In this document: positions 8,711-17,913 of the stretch, in pieces
Position numbering within the stretch: the stretch's first letter is position 1
How the letters are laid out: every line of letters starts with the position of its first letter
Assembly (NCBI GenBank): GCA_041742075.1
Contig: JBGSJJ010000009.1
Coordinates: forward strand, 12,895 to 76,894
Length of the DNA stretch: 64,000 nt
Direction of reading: 5' to 3'
DNA from: Minisyncoccia bacterium
GTDB lineage: Bacteria > Patescibacteriota > Minisyncoccia > Phycocordibacterales > UBA918
The notes under the pieces: generated by a model
Databases searched by the model: none
What the model was told of the DNA's origin: nothing
What the model saw: only the letters and a program-made list of their open reading frames with translations
Translations under genes and position numbers: made by a program

Positions 8711-10176
8711 GTATCTGTCCTTATTTTCACGTTCACCAACCATACCGGGTGAAGCGGTATCGTGTTTTTGATATTGGCAACGATACTGAGTATTTTAATG
8801 ACTCAGGCACGAGCGATCTTAACAACCGCAAAATTATCGACAAGGTGGCTGAGAAGTCGTATCGACCAATGAATCGACTGCTTGGTGAATTACTTGAAAC
8901 ACATCCTGAGTTCCGGTTTGCACTTTCGTTTTCTGGAACAGTTCTTGATCAGTTTGAAGCGTATGCGCCTGATGTGCTCGAAAGTTACCAAAAGCTGGTC
9001 GCAACTGGTCGGGTAGAGATTTTGGCTGACACGTATCACCACTCACTGTCTTTTTTCTATTCAGTGCCAGAGTTTGAAAGGCAGGTCGCTAAGCATGCGA
9101 AGCGTATTAAAGAATTGTTTGACTATACACCAAGAGTTTTTCGAAACACTGAGTTGTCGTATCGAAACGACCTTGGTAAGTGGTGTGAAGACAACGGTTA
9201 CTTAGGGATTATGGCTGAAGGCTGGGAGCCGGTACTCGGGTGGCGAAGCCCAAACTATTTGTACCATCCACCAGGCTGCAATAAAATTAAAATTCTCTTA
9301 AAGAACTACAAACTCTCAGACGATATTGCGTTTCGTTTCGGTAATCGGGGATGGACAAGTTGGCCTCTCTCAGCAGAGACGTATCGCGACTGGGTACTTG
9401 CTCACCACGGAGACGGAAACACCATTAATCTCTTTATGGATTACGAAACCTTTGGTGAGCACCAATGGGAAGATACCGGTATCTTTAATTTTATGCGCGC
9501 TCTTCCAGGGATGCTTCTTGAACATCCTGATACGACGTTTAAAACACCAACCGAAACCGTACTTTCGTATCCGGCAGTCGGTGAACTTGATGTGCCAAGC
9601 GTGCTTACCTGGGCCGACACCGACCGGGACTTAACCGCTTGGACAGGCAACGATATTCAAAAGGATGCGCTCGCGCGTACCTACGCGCTTGAAGAGCCCG
9701 TCTTAGCAACTGAGGATGAAGTCATGATTGAAGTGTGGCGAAAACTTACGACCTCCGATCACTTCTATTATATGTGTACTAAGTGGTCAGCTGATGGTGA
9801 TGTGCATGCGTACTTCAGTCCGTACCAATCCCCATATGATGCATATGTCGCTTTCATGAATGCGATAAGTGATTTACAATTACGTATAACACATGCGCAT
9901 TCAGTGAAAGCGAAAGCTAACGCCGATGCGATGGAGTTGGAGGAAAAAAGAGAAGTGGTACAAGTGCCAGTTGTTTCCTATGAAGAACCAATGAGCATCG
10001 TCCGTCAAATATATGAATGGATTATCAAAACAAGCAAACAAGTCCAGCGTTCTTTACAAGTTCATTTTAAATCATTTTATGCCAACCCAAAAAATCCAGG
10101 TCGAAAAACCAGTAAAAAAAGTAGCAGCCAAAAAATCAGTAGTAGTAAAAAAGCCAGCAGTCGCAAAGGTAGCTAA
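8704..10176 (+). CDS. glycoside hydrolase family 57 (alpha-amylase/branching-enzyme-like)
   Basis: N-terminal HVHQPYR signature of GH57 and conserved GH57 core; C-terminus runs into poly-A tracts with a Lys-rich tail. Confidence 0.75.
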   Translation: MLSICPYFHVHQPYRVKRYRVFDIGNDTEYFNDSGTSDLNNRKIIDKVAEKSYRPMNRLLGELLETHPEFRFALSFSGTVLDQFEAYAPDVLESYQKLVATGRVEILADTYHHSLSFFYSVPEFERQVAKHAKRIKELFDYTPRVFRNTELSYRNDLGKWCEDNGYLGIMAEGWEPVLGWRSPNYLYHPPGCNKIKILLKNYKLSDDIAFRFGNRGWTSWPLSAETYRDWVLAHHGDGNTINLFMDYETFGEHQWEDTGIFNFMRALPGMLLEHPDTTFKTPTETVLSYPAVGELDVPSVLTWADTDRDLTAWTGNDIQKDALARTYALEEPVLATEDEVMIEVWRKLTTSDHFYYMCTKWSADGDVHAYFSPYQSPYDAYVAFMNAISDLQLRITHAHSVKAKANADAMELEEKREVVQVPVVSYEEPMSIVRQIYEWIIKTSKQVQRSLQVHFKSFYANPKNPGRKTSKKSSSQKISSSKKASSRKGS

Positions 10177-10489
10177 AAAGGCTGTTGCCAAAAAAGTAGC
10201 GAAGCCAAAAGCTGACTCTGCCAAAAAACTCATCCGAGCTAAAGAGAGTGAGTGTTTTTGGACTACAGATGGCCACATCCTGCGTGACTTATCTCAATTA
10301 GAGCAGGCACTGAAAGCTATGAACGCAAAAGTTTTTAGTCATCACGTACAGGCTGGTAAAAACGACTTTGCTGATTGGGTTGAGTATATCCTTGAGGATG
10401 TCTCTTGTGCCCAAGAACTGCGAAAAACTAAAACCTTAGCACAGACTCATAAAGTTGTTGTAAAGCATCTTAAGACCTACAAAATTTAA
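10079..10489 (+). CDS. Lys/Ala-rich histone-H1-like protein with C-terminal globular domain (or frameshifted C-terminal extension of GH57)
   Basis: KPVKKVAAKKSVVVKKPAVAKVAKKAVAKKVAKPKADSAKK repeats then a conserved-looking 85-aa domain; overlaps the GH57 3' end in a different frame within A-homopolymer runs; start uncertain (10013 or 10079). Confidence 0.4.
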   Translation: MPTQKIQVEKPVKKVAAKKSVVVKKPAVAKVAKKAVAKKVAKPKADSAKKLIRAKESECFWTTDGHILRDLSQLEQALKAMNAKVFSHHVQAGKNDFADWVEYILEDVSCAQELRKTKTLAQTHKVVVKHLKTYKI

Positions 10490-10494
10490 TTTGT

Positions 10495-12468
10495 ATGGCA
10501 CGTGCGGTTACGCTTGGAAATGGAAATATCTTAGTTGGACTTGACTATAAAGGTCAGGTGCGTGACTTGTATTTCCCGCACGTCGGACACAGTAATCACG
10601 TCAGTGGTGCCAGTGGTAGCTTTGTACACAGAATTGGAATTTACGTTGACGAGAAATTGGTTTGGTTTGACGACCCAAGTTGGAAAATAACGGTAAATTC
10701 TGATGATGATGCGCCAGTCGGCATAGTGCATGCGGTCAACGCGGAACTCGAAGTCACCTTAGTTTCTACTGACGTCGTTCATAATGAAGATAATATTTTT
10801 TTACGCTCATTTATTCTCCAGAATGATGCAAAGGAAGAACGGGAGATAAAAGTTTTTTTTGCCCAACAATTTCGAATTGACGAATCAAGACGTGGTGACA
10901 CCGGCTTCTATGACCCACGCGTCGGGGCACTTATACACTACAAGGGACACACGACACTGCTCGTGAACGCATTTCATAAAAATGAACAGTTTGAAGATTA
11001 CAATATCGGTCTTTTTGGTATAGAGGGGAAGGAGGGGACATATCATGACGCGAGTGATGGAGTTTTGGAGAGAAACCCGGTTGAGCACGGTTCGGTTGAT
11101 TCTGTGATTGGTCTGACGGTTCAACTTAAGAGCGAAGCACAAACGACACTGACCTACTGGATAGCCTGCGGAGAGACAATCGACGATGTGCACGACTTAA
11201 ACGCACTCGTGATCCACAAGACTCCGGAGGCACTTATTTTGACGACAACCAAGTACTGGAATGCCTGGATGAGTAAAAACGATCGTGATTTAAATATTCT
11301 GGCGCCGGAACTTCAAAAATTGTACCGTCGCTCGCTTGCTACTATCCGCGTTCATTCAGACAACGACGGAGCCATTATTGCGTCAAGCGATACCGGGATG
11401 CTTCATCATGGACGAGATACCTACAGTTATGTGTGGCCACGAGATGCTTCTTTGATCGCAAACGCGCTTGATAAGGTTGGGTACGGAGACGTGGCCGAGC
11501 GTTACTTTACGTTTATCACGAGCAAGATTGATAGAAAAGGCTATCTCCACCATAAGTATCGCTCCGATGGCGTGCTTGGCAGTTCATGGCACCCGTGGAT
11601 GATTGACGGTCGTCCGGGTTTACCAATCCAAGAAGACGAAACCGCCCTCACACTTACGATGTTGTGGCAACATTACCTCATCTCAAAAGATATCGAGTAT
11701 TTGGAATCAAAGTATGACAGCTTCATCGAGCCAGCGGCTGACTTTATGGTGGAACACTTTGAGTCGGCTTATGGACTGCCGAGTGCCTCGTATGACTTAT
11801 GGGAAGAAAAGTATGGCACTAGTACTTACACCGCCTGTTCGGTCTATGCTGCGCTTGCATCAGCCACGCAGTGTGCGCTTCTTTTGGGTAAAGAAGAACG
11901 CGCCCGCACCTATAGTGTGATTGCTGAACGTATCCAAGCCGGTATCCTTGAGCACTTGTATAGTGAGGAGCTGGGAATGTTTGTGAAGCATGTAAAGATT
12001 GTTGACGATGAAATCGTAGCGGTTGATCGAACTATCGACATGAGTAGTTTCTTTGGACCTATTTTCTTTGGAGTAATAGAGGTGGGCGATGCACGAGTGA
12101 AGAAGTCATTTGCCACTATCGAAGCGACGCTTCGCGTTGACGCTGCGAGTGCCGGGTATGTACGCTATCAGCATGACAACTACTACACGATGCACGAGAC
12201 AGGCTCTCCAAACCCGTGGGTCATTACCACTCTGTGGGTGGCTCAGTATCATATTATGAAAGCAAAAAAGATTGGCGACTTGAAAACTGCCTATGAGCTC
12301 CTCGAGTGGACGTGTTCACATGCCTCAGAAGGGGGTGTACTTTCAGAACAAATGCATCCGCAAACGCGTGAGCATCTTTCGACAGCACCCCTTATTTGGA
12401 GTCATGCTGAGTTTGTTGTAACCGCAGATGCGTATATCCTTAAGCATCAAGAATTATCGGGAGCGTAA
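10495..12468 (+). CDS. GH15-family glucoamylase/glucodextranase-like hydrolase
   Basis: 657 aa; N-terminal beta-sandwich plus (alpha/alpha)6 catalytic region typical of prokaryotic GH15 glucoamylases. Confidence 0.75.
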   Translation: MARAVTLGNGNILVGLDYKGQVRDLYFPHVGHSNHVSGASGSFVHRIGIYVDEKLVWFDDPSWKITVNSDDDAPVGIVHAVNAELEVTLVSTDVVHNEDNIFLRSFILQNDAKEEREIKVFFAQQFRIDESRRGDTGFYDPRVGALIHYKGHTTLLVNAFHKNEQFEDYNIGLFGIEGKEGTYHDASDGVLERNPVEHGSVDSVIGLTVQLKSEAQTTLTYWIACGETIDDVHDLNALVIHKTPEALILTTTKYWNAWMSKNDRDLNILAPELQKLYRRSLATIRVHSDNDGAIIASSDTGMLHHGRDTYSYVWPRDASLIANALDKVGYGDVAERYFTFITSKIDRKGYLHHKYRSDGVLGSSWHPWMIDGRPGLPIQEDETALTLTMLWQHYLISKDIEYLESKYDSFIEPAADFMVEHFESAYGLPSASYDLWEEKYGTSTYTACSVYAALASATQCALLLGKEERARTYSVIAERIQAGILEHLYSEELGMFVKHVKIVDDEIVAVDRTIDMSSFFGPIFFGVIEVGDARVKKSFATIEATLRVDAASAGYVRYQHDNYYTMHETGSPNPWVITTLWVAQYHIMKAKKIGDLKTAYELLEWTCSHASEGGVLSEQMHPQTREHLSTAPLIWSHAEFVVTADAYILKHQELSGA

Positions 12469-13271
12469 CGTTTTGACCAAAAGCCTAACTGAAAAGGAAG
12501 TTTCTGATAGTTGCCTATGATTGTTCGGTCGATGCTATAGGCCAGACCAATCGTTCCGCATTCACGAGCGATAACTTCAGCTAAGGTCCGCATGTACGTA
12601 CCAGAGGAAGCAATACAGGTAAAGGTAGCAATTTGAAACGTGTCACTGGTGGGTGTACCGAGAAAGGATTCCCAGGAAGCGCGCACATCGACACGTCTGA
12701 AGTCAGCCCCAAGTGCCTTTCGTTCGTCGGTAACTAGCTTGATACTGTTTATTTTTAAAAGCGCATCTCGAGTCAGGTCAGTTTTTTTAAGAGTACGTAA
12801 TTGTTGCAATTGAAGTTTATAAATCGTTGAGTCCTTAGTGGGGATTTCAATTTCGCTGAGTCGACCCTCGAGGGTCCAGGTATGGAGCGGTTTACCTTGT
12901 ACGGTCTTGGAGGAGAAGTGTGGGTAGGGAAGCGAGATGTGCCCGGTGAGTTTCGCAGTAACCGCCTTGAGACGGGCTTCGTCTACGGAAGGGGCGTTTT
13001 GCCACGAAAGCAGACCGAGGACGTCAGCAGTGTCTGAAGCAACACCAAAAAGTACTTCAAAAGTGTACTCCTTATCAAGAGCGTGGTACTTTTCCTGAAC
13101 TTTGCATTCATCGTCCACGAGCACCAAAAGTGCTCCCGAAGCCATGGGGTCAAGTCGGCCAGCGTAGGCCATCGGGACGCTTTGGTATTCGCTATGCGAA
13201 GCTTTATACGCCTCCAGAACTTCAAGTGGGGTTTGGCCGACAGCTTTGTGTAACACTAAAAAATCTCGCAT
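12447..13271 (-). CDS. truB: tRNA pseudouridine(55) synthase TruB
   Basis: catalytic motif AYAGRLDPMASGALLV (GxLDPxAxG) and TruB-like length; 22-nt convergent overlap with the GH15 gene. Confidence 0.8.
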   Translation of the reverse strand: MRDFLVLHKAVGQTPLEVLEAYKASHSEYQSVPMAYAGRLDPMASGALLVLVDDECKVQEKYHALDKEYTFEVLFGVASDTADVLGLLSWQNAPSVDEARLKAVTAKLTGHISLPYPHFSSKTVQGKPLHTWTLEGRLSEIEIPTKDSTIYKLQLQQLRTLKKTDLTRDALLKINSIKLVTDERKALGADFRRVDVRASWESFLGTPTSDTFQIATFTCIASSGTYMRTLAEVIARECGTIGLAYSIDRTIIGNYQKLPFQLGFWSKRYAPDNS

Positions 13272-13335
13272 TAGAGAGAGTCTAACACGAGATTAGGGTA
13301 GTTGGGGACGGCCCGCTTACGGGCCGTCCGAGCGT

Positions 13336-13785
13336 TTATTCACTTTGCAGCGAGTCCAAGCCACACTCTCTGAGCAGTCCTGTTGCCAGGGTGTCGTAGG
13401 TCATCGGAGCGATAGAAAAATCCGAACTGAAGATAATGACGATGTTTTCCTCGGGACGGTCGGAAATAAATTCATCGTACACCACGGCGTACTCGACGAG
13501 CTCGTAGATGCGAGATTCTTTTGAATACAATCGTCTAAGAACGGGCTCGCAGATGAAGACGCCATCCTCCGCGAGGTAGCCACCTAAACCAACGAATTCA
13601 AACAAACTGTATGGCTCAAACGTACCCATGCCATCGTCGTTTATCCAGGCGATGACTTCGGTGTAAACCTCTACAACCGTTGTTGATTCTTGACTGAGCG
13701 GCGTAGGTGCCACTGGGTTTGGTGCGTAGGCGAAAGCTGGAAGGGAAGAAAGACCGAGCAGAGCGAGAGCTATAAGGGCCTGCAT
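13336..13785 (-). CDS. secreted hypothetical protein
   Basis: 149 aa with N-terminal signal peptide MQALIALALLGLSSLPAFAYA. Confidence 0.45.
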   Translation of the reverse strand: MQALIALALLGLSSLPAFAYAPNPVAPTPLSQESTTVVEVYTEVIAWINDDGMGTFEPYSLFEFVGLGGYLAEDGVFICEPVLRRLYSKESRIYELVEYAVVYDEFISDRPEENIVIIFSSDFSIAPMTYDTLATGLLRECGLDSLQSE

Positions 13786-13889
13786 GCATGTGTATCCTCA
13801 ACAAGTGGTTTGGGTTTTTTCCCGCACCTTCTAAAGTAGAACTATAGCACATTTTATACAATAAGTAAAGTGCATGGAATGCCTCATTG

Positions 13890-14852
13890 CTACTCAGTAT
13901 CGTCTTCATCTTCGATTTCGAACTGAATGATTTCTTCAATAATGTCTTCGAGAGTAATCAGACCAAGGTATTGGGAGTTTTTGGTTTTCACAATCGCCAT
14001 ATGCTTTCGTTTTTTAAGCATGGCTGCGAGTACAACGTCGAGATTTTCGCTTGGAGAGACTGAGAGGAAATTCCGTTCCAAGGCTTCAGTGGTTTGACCG
14101 AGTGGTATGTCATCATCTTCGCCAAGTAGATCTTTAGTATATAAAATTCCGACAATATTCTCTTGGTTGCCACTATAAACCGGGTAGCGAGAGTAGTTGT
14201 GCTCGTTTATGACCGCAATAAGTTCAGGGGTGAGTCGTTCGTTTATTTCAAATGCATGTACGAGTTCTTTTGGTGTCATGACTTCCCGTACTGTTTTGTG
14301 AGAAAACTGGAGGGCACCGTGTACGATACGCTCCTCGTCTTGATCTATAGTGCTATGTTCAGAATCTTCATGTTCAGACACAATCTCCATTATCTCAAAC
14401 TTACTGTACATGGCAGGCACTTCTTGACCGAGTAGTCTATCTAGAAGTCGAGCTATGGGATACGTGATAGGACTTGTAATGATGAGAAGTATCCGTACAT
14501 AGGGTGAAGCAATAGCACCAAAACGAAGAGCGTGCCTGGCAAAAGCCGCCTGAGGAAGAATTTCACCAAAAATAAAAATAAGCACTGTTGCAAAAAGTGC
14601 CGCTAAGGCACCACTGGCGATACTCGAGAGGTAGACCGAGAGGATGGTATTTACTGCTACGTTACCAAGCAGTAAGGTTGTGAGTAATTGGTTACTATTT
14701 TCCCTTACCTTAAGGACACGGATAGCGTCTTGGTTACCATGCTTGGCCTGCCTTCGTAAGGTTTGTTTATGCAATGAAAAATACCCGAGTGTTAATCCTG
14801 AAAAACAAGCGGAAAGAAAAATAAGTACTAGCGAAACAAGGTAAATAGTCAT
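13890..14852 (-). CDS. CNNM/HlyC-CorC family transporter (DUF21 + CBS pair)
   Basis: N-terminal DUF21 membrane domain (LGNVAVNT motif) followed by tandem CBS domains; lacks the C-terminal CorC_HlyC domain. Confidence 0.75.
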   Translation of the reverse strand: MTIYLVSLVLIFLSACFSGLTLGYFSLHKQTLRRQAKHGNQDAIRVLKVRENSNQLLTTLLLGNVAVNTILSVYLSSIASGALAALFATVLIFIFGEILPQAAFARHALRFGAIASPYVRILLIITSPITYPIARLLDRLLGQEVPAMYSKFEIMEIVSEHEDSEHSTIDQDEERIVHGALQFSHKTVREVMTPKELVHAFEINERLTPELIAVINEHNYSRYPVYSGNQENIVGILYTKDLLGEDDDIPLGQTTEALERNFLSVSPSENLDVVLAAMLKKRKHMAIVKTKNSQYLGLITLEDIIEEIIQFEIEDEDDTE

Positions 14853-14961
14853 GAATACTGGGATACTAGCTTTCTTTAGTTACGACAAGAAAGCATTCAC
14901 CATGAGGAGTAGTATAAACCCGCCTAAAACGAGCAAAACTGTTTTCATACGTTCTAAAGTA

Positions 14962-14998
14962 TATCACAGCAAAAGGGCGTGCCGATAGCGGCACGCCC
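14962..14998 (-). terminator. rho-independent terminator for the 15027-15482 gene
   Basis: GGGCGTGCCG-ATAG-CGGCACGCCC hairpin; on the minus strand it is followed by TTTTGCTGTG. Confidence 0.5.
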
Positions 14999-15026
14999 CA
15001 CAGATAGGTGGTGGCAGATGATCGTG

Positions 15027-15482
15027 TTAGGAGACCATGTTCAGGTATTCAGGGCGGTTGTATTGTTTCCAACACGCGCTTGATTCCGCCCAGGGTTGCA
15101 GTTTTCCTTGGTCATAGAGTATTCGTACGAACCTGAAGTAATCAGCATCATAGTGGGGGTTAAGCCCGCGACGCTGTAGTTCTTCGTCATGCAAACCCAT
15201 CAGCACTTGAAAGACACCCCGTGCGCTTCCGCCGGTCTCATTGCGCTTCAGTGAACCGTCTGGTTCTCTATGGACAAGGCCGGCCGATTCGCAATTGGCG
15301 ACAAACAGCATGATAGGAGCATCAGGAAAGACCTGCTGGATTTTCTCCGCGATTTTTCTGCCTTCTGCTGACAGGTTGAGTCCTGCCAGTTTGGTCACGG
15401 TTTGTGTATCGGCTGATAGGGGAGATGCAAGCATCACCGCCAACAGACACACGATCTGTGACCATCTTCGATGTACATTCAA
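15027..15482 (-). CDS. secreted lysozyme-like (SLT/transglycosylase-like) domain protein, paralog A
   Basis: signal peptide; motif ANCESAG...GSARGVFQV...PW...CW shared with the ORF at 26097-26642. Confidence 0.5.
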   Translation of the reverse strand: MNVHRRWSQIVCLLAVMLASPLSADTQTVTKLAGLNLSAEGRKIAEKIQQVFPDAPIMLFVANCESAGLVHREPDGSLKRNETGGSARGVFQVLMGLHDEELQRRGLNPHYDADYFRFVRILYDQGKLQPWAESSACWKQYNRPEYLNMVS

Positions 15483-15561
15483 CGTTCCGTTCCTTAGATG
15501 GCTTTAGAAACGGCGGCAAAAAACCTAAATTTTCTGCTACCAAACCTTATGACGAGTAAAG

Positions 15562-16329
15562 GTGCTGTTTCTTACCGAGGTCGGTGTTCGTGGTACTGTA
15601 GGGTATATGTATATCGTGATTTCTGTATTTATAACCGCTCTGGTTTTGGGTGCGGTTTTGGTCTATACCGACAGTTTTCGCTTACTTAAGACTATTTGGT
15701 TGATTTCAAGTGTGGCCCCGTATGAACAAATAGTTCCAAATGCGCCGGTGATTCTGGTCTTGGGAGATAGTACTGGCTATGGTACTGGTGCTAAGGACAA
15801 TACCAAAAGTATTGCCGGCCGGATGGGTAGTGATTTTCCTACCTACACTATCGTCAACAGAAGTGTTAATGGTCGCACGATTAAGGATGCGCTCCTCGAA
15901 ATACGAACGTTTCCTGATGAGAAAAAGTATCATCTTATCCTACTGCAACTTGGGGGAAACGATATCTTACAAAAGCGTCCGGTCAGTGTAGTAAAAAGTG
16001 AGTTAGAAATTTTGCGCGAAGAAGCTCTCAAGCGAGCGACCACTGTGGTCCTTATGACCTCTGGCAACGTCGGTGGAGCGCCAGCTTTTAAAGGTAAAGA
16101 AGCGCGCGACTACGAGGCGCGCACCCGGGAATTGCGAGCAATTGCAGAGTCTATTTTTGCAACTCCCGAGGCGCGGTATGTTGATCTTTTTTTAGAGCCT
16201 GAACAGGACATTATTGCCCAGAGTCCAAAAGTCTATCTTGCTTTTGATGGACTTCATCCAAACGAAGTGGGGTATGGGGTTTGGTATGAATCACTCAAAC
16301 TAGTTTTAGTGGAGATACTTAAAAAGTAG
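15562..16329 (+). CDS. SGNH/GDSL-family hydrolase
   Basis: blocks VLGDSTGYG (GDS), LQLGGNDI (GGND), DGLHPN (DxxH); N-terminal TM anchor; start may be the ATG at 15607. Confidence 0.7.
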   Translation: MLFLTEVGVRGTVGYMYIVISVFITALVLGAVLVYTDSFRLLKTIWLISSVAPYEQIVPNAPVILVLGDSTGYGTGAKDNTKSIAGRMGSDFPTYTIVNRSVNGRTIKDALLEIRTFPDEKKYHLILLQLGGNDILQKRPVSVVKSELEILREEALKRATTVVLMTSGNVGGAPAFKGKEARDYEARTRELRAIAESIFATPEARYVDLFLEPEQDIIAQSPKVYLAFDGLHPNEVGYGVWYESLKLVLVEILKK

Positions 16330-16336
16330 TACCACA

Positions 16337-16370
16337 AAAGACCGGCGCCAAGGGCGCCGGTCTTTTGTTC
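16337..16370. terminator. bidirectional intrinsic terminator
   Basis: GACCGGCGCC-AAG-GGCGCCGGTC flanked by an A-run and TTTTGTT, between convergent genes. Confidence 0.55.
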
Positions 16371-16383
16371 TATGAGTTACTGA

Positions 16384-17739
16384 TTACACATTTTGTACGA
16401 AAGAAAGCGCAATGCCTTTTTCTGCGCCACGGCCAGTTCGACCGATGCGGTGTACGTAATCTTCAAAGGTGTTTGGTAGGTCGTAGTTGATAACGTGTGA
16501 GACGTTGTCTACGTGGATACCACGGGCAGCTACATCAGTTGCTACTAGGACACGCACGTTTCCACTCTTGAAACGCTTAAGAGCATGTTGTCGTTGACCA
16601 TGAGACTTATTACCATGGATAGCATCAGCTTTGATGCCAGCGCTGGTTAGTTCTTGGCTTAGTTTTTCAACACTGTGCTTCATAGCACCGAAGACAAGTA
16701 CTCGCTTGAGTGATTCGTCACCGAGGAGTTTTACCAGGGTGTCGAACTTGTCATGGTGATGATACGCCACTACGTCTTGGAAGATACTATTCGTAACGTC
16801 TTTCTTTTTTACCGAAATAGTAATCGGGTCACGGAGGAAGTCGCTCACGAGCTTCTCGATTTCTTTTGACATAGTCGCTGAGAAGAACAGTGTTTCATGA
16901 TCTGCCGGGATGTCTTCAAGAATCTTGCGCATGTCATGGATAAATCCCATGTCGAGCATTCGGTCAGCTTCGTCTAGTACGACAGTTCGAATGTCTTGCG
17001 GGCGAAGGTTACCTCGTTCCATCAAGTCCATGACGCGTCCCGGAGTTCCGATAATGAAGTGGTTCTTGCGTCGTAGGCCTTGGATTTGGGGACGAATGTT
17101 GGTTCCGCCAACACACACGGTTGAATAGAGCTTATTGCCTTCACTAAACTTGCGTAGCTCTTCCTGAATCTGGAGCGCTAGTTCACGGGTTGGGGCAAGA
17201 ATAAGCGTTTGCCTGCTGTATTCCTTAAGGGTCTTGTGAATGAGGGGTAAGAGAAAGGCTGCTGTTTTACCTGTACCAGTTTGTGCGAGACCAATGACGT
17301 CGCGTCCTTCCATGATGTATGGAATAACTTGGTCTTGGATTGGTGAGGGGACAGTGAGTCCATGTGCAAGCACTGCTGACACGAGTCTTTTCTCTAAACC
17401 AAAATCAGTAAAGTTGTGCTTTGGTACGTAGACTTCTTCCGATACTTCAACCGGATTGGTGTTGATAAACTTTGATGGGTCGAAGGTAGGCATTTTTCGG
17501 CCTCCTCGTCCACCACTACTGCGTCCACCGCCACCACCGCGATTGTTACCAAAGTAGCTACTGCCACCACTGCTTCGGCCACCTTGGCCTCGGTCGCGAC
17601 TGCCGCCACCACTACTGTGTGATGAACGTCCACCTCGACTACCGCCTGACTGAGGGGTGCTTGAATAAGGTGTTCGTCTTCGGGCGCTTCCACCACGAGA
17701 ATCTCCTTGCCGACTTGGTCGGTATGTTCGTTGTTCCAT
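16384..17739 (-). CDS. DEAD-box ATP-dependent RNA helicase with N-terminal RGG-rich region
   Basis: Q motif, AQTGTGKT, DEAD (VLDEADRM), SAT, HRIGRTGR; first ~85 aa are Gly/Arg/Ser-rich low complexity. Confidence 0.85.
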   Translation of the reverse strand: MEQRTYRPSRQGDSRGGSARRRTPYSSTPQSGGSRGGRSSHSSGGGSRDRGQGGRSSGGSSYFGNNRGGGGGRSSGGRGGRKMPTFDPSKFINTNPVEVSEEVYVPKHNFTDFGLEKRLVSAVLAHGLTVPSPIQDQVIPYIMEGRDVIGLAQTGTGKTAAFLLPLIHKTLKEYSRQTLILAPTRELALQIQEELRKFSEGNKLYSTVCVGGTNIRPQIQGLRRKNHFIIGTPGRVMDLMERGNLRPQDIRTVVLDEADRMLDMGFIHDMRKILEDIPADHETLFFSATMSKEIEKLVSDFLRDPITISVKKKDVTNSIFQDVVAYHHHDKFDTLVKLLGDESLKRVLVFGAMKHSVEKLSQELTSAGIKADAIHGNKSHGQRQHALKRFKSGNVRVLVATDVAARGIHVDNVSHVINYDLPNTFEDYVHRIGRTGRGAEKGIALSFVQNV

Positions 17740-17913
17740 TGTTGTCTTTATATGTATTAAGGAAAAAGCGTCATTTTATAAAAAATGCACTGTTTCCAGG
17801 GCTGTGCAGGAAAAATAATCAAAGGCGCAAGTGTGCGCCGTACCCAAGAGCCCTACACGAGTATCTCAAGTCCAGATAATGTAACACGTAACTGCTTTGC
17901 AGTCAATGTACAG

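Noticed and set aside
14880-14948. 22-aa hydrophobic mini-ORF (MKTVLLVLGGFILLLMVNAFLS) on the minus strand just upstream of the CNNM transporter gene
   Set aside because: It could be a leader peptide or a tiny membrane protein. Such short hydrophobic ORFs arise by chance in AT-biased spacers, and no RBS is evident.
15027-15482. Rpf (resuscitation-promoting factor) assignment for the CES-motif secreted proteins
   Set aside because: Rpf domains have a different conserved block (CESGG.W...GLYQF) and a Cys pair in other positions. The match is closer to generic SLT/lysozyme-like folds, so the call is kept generic.
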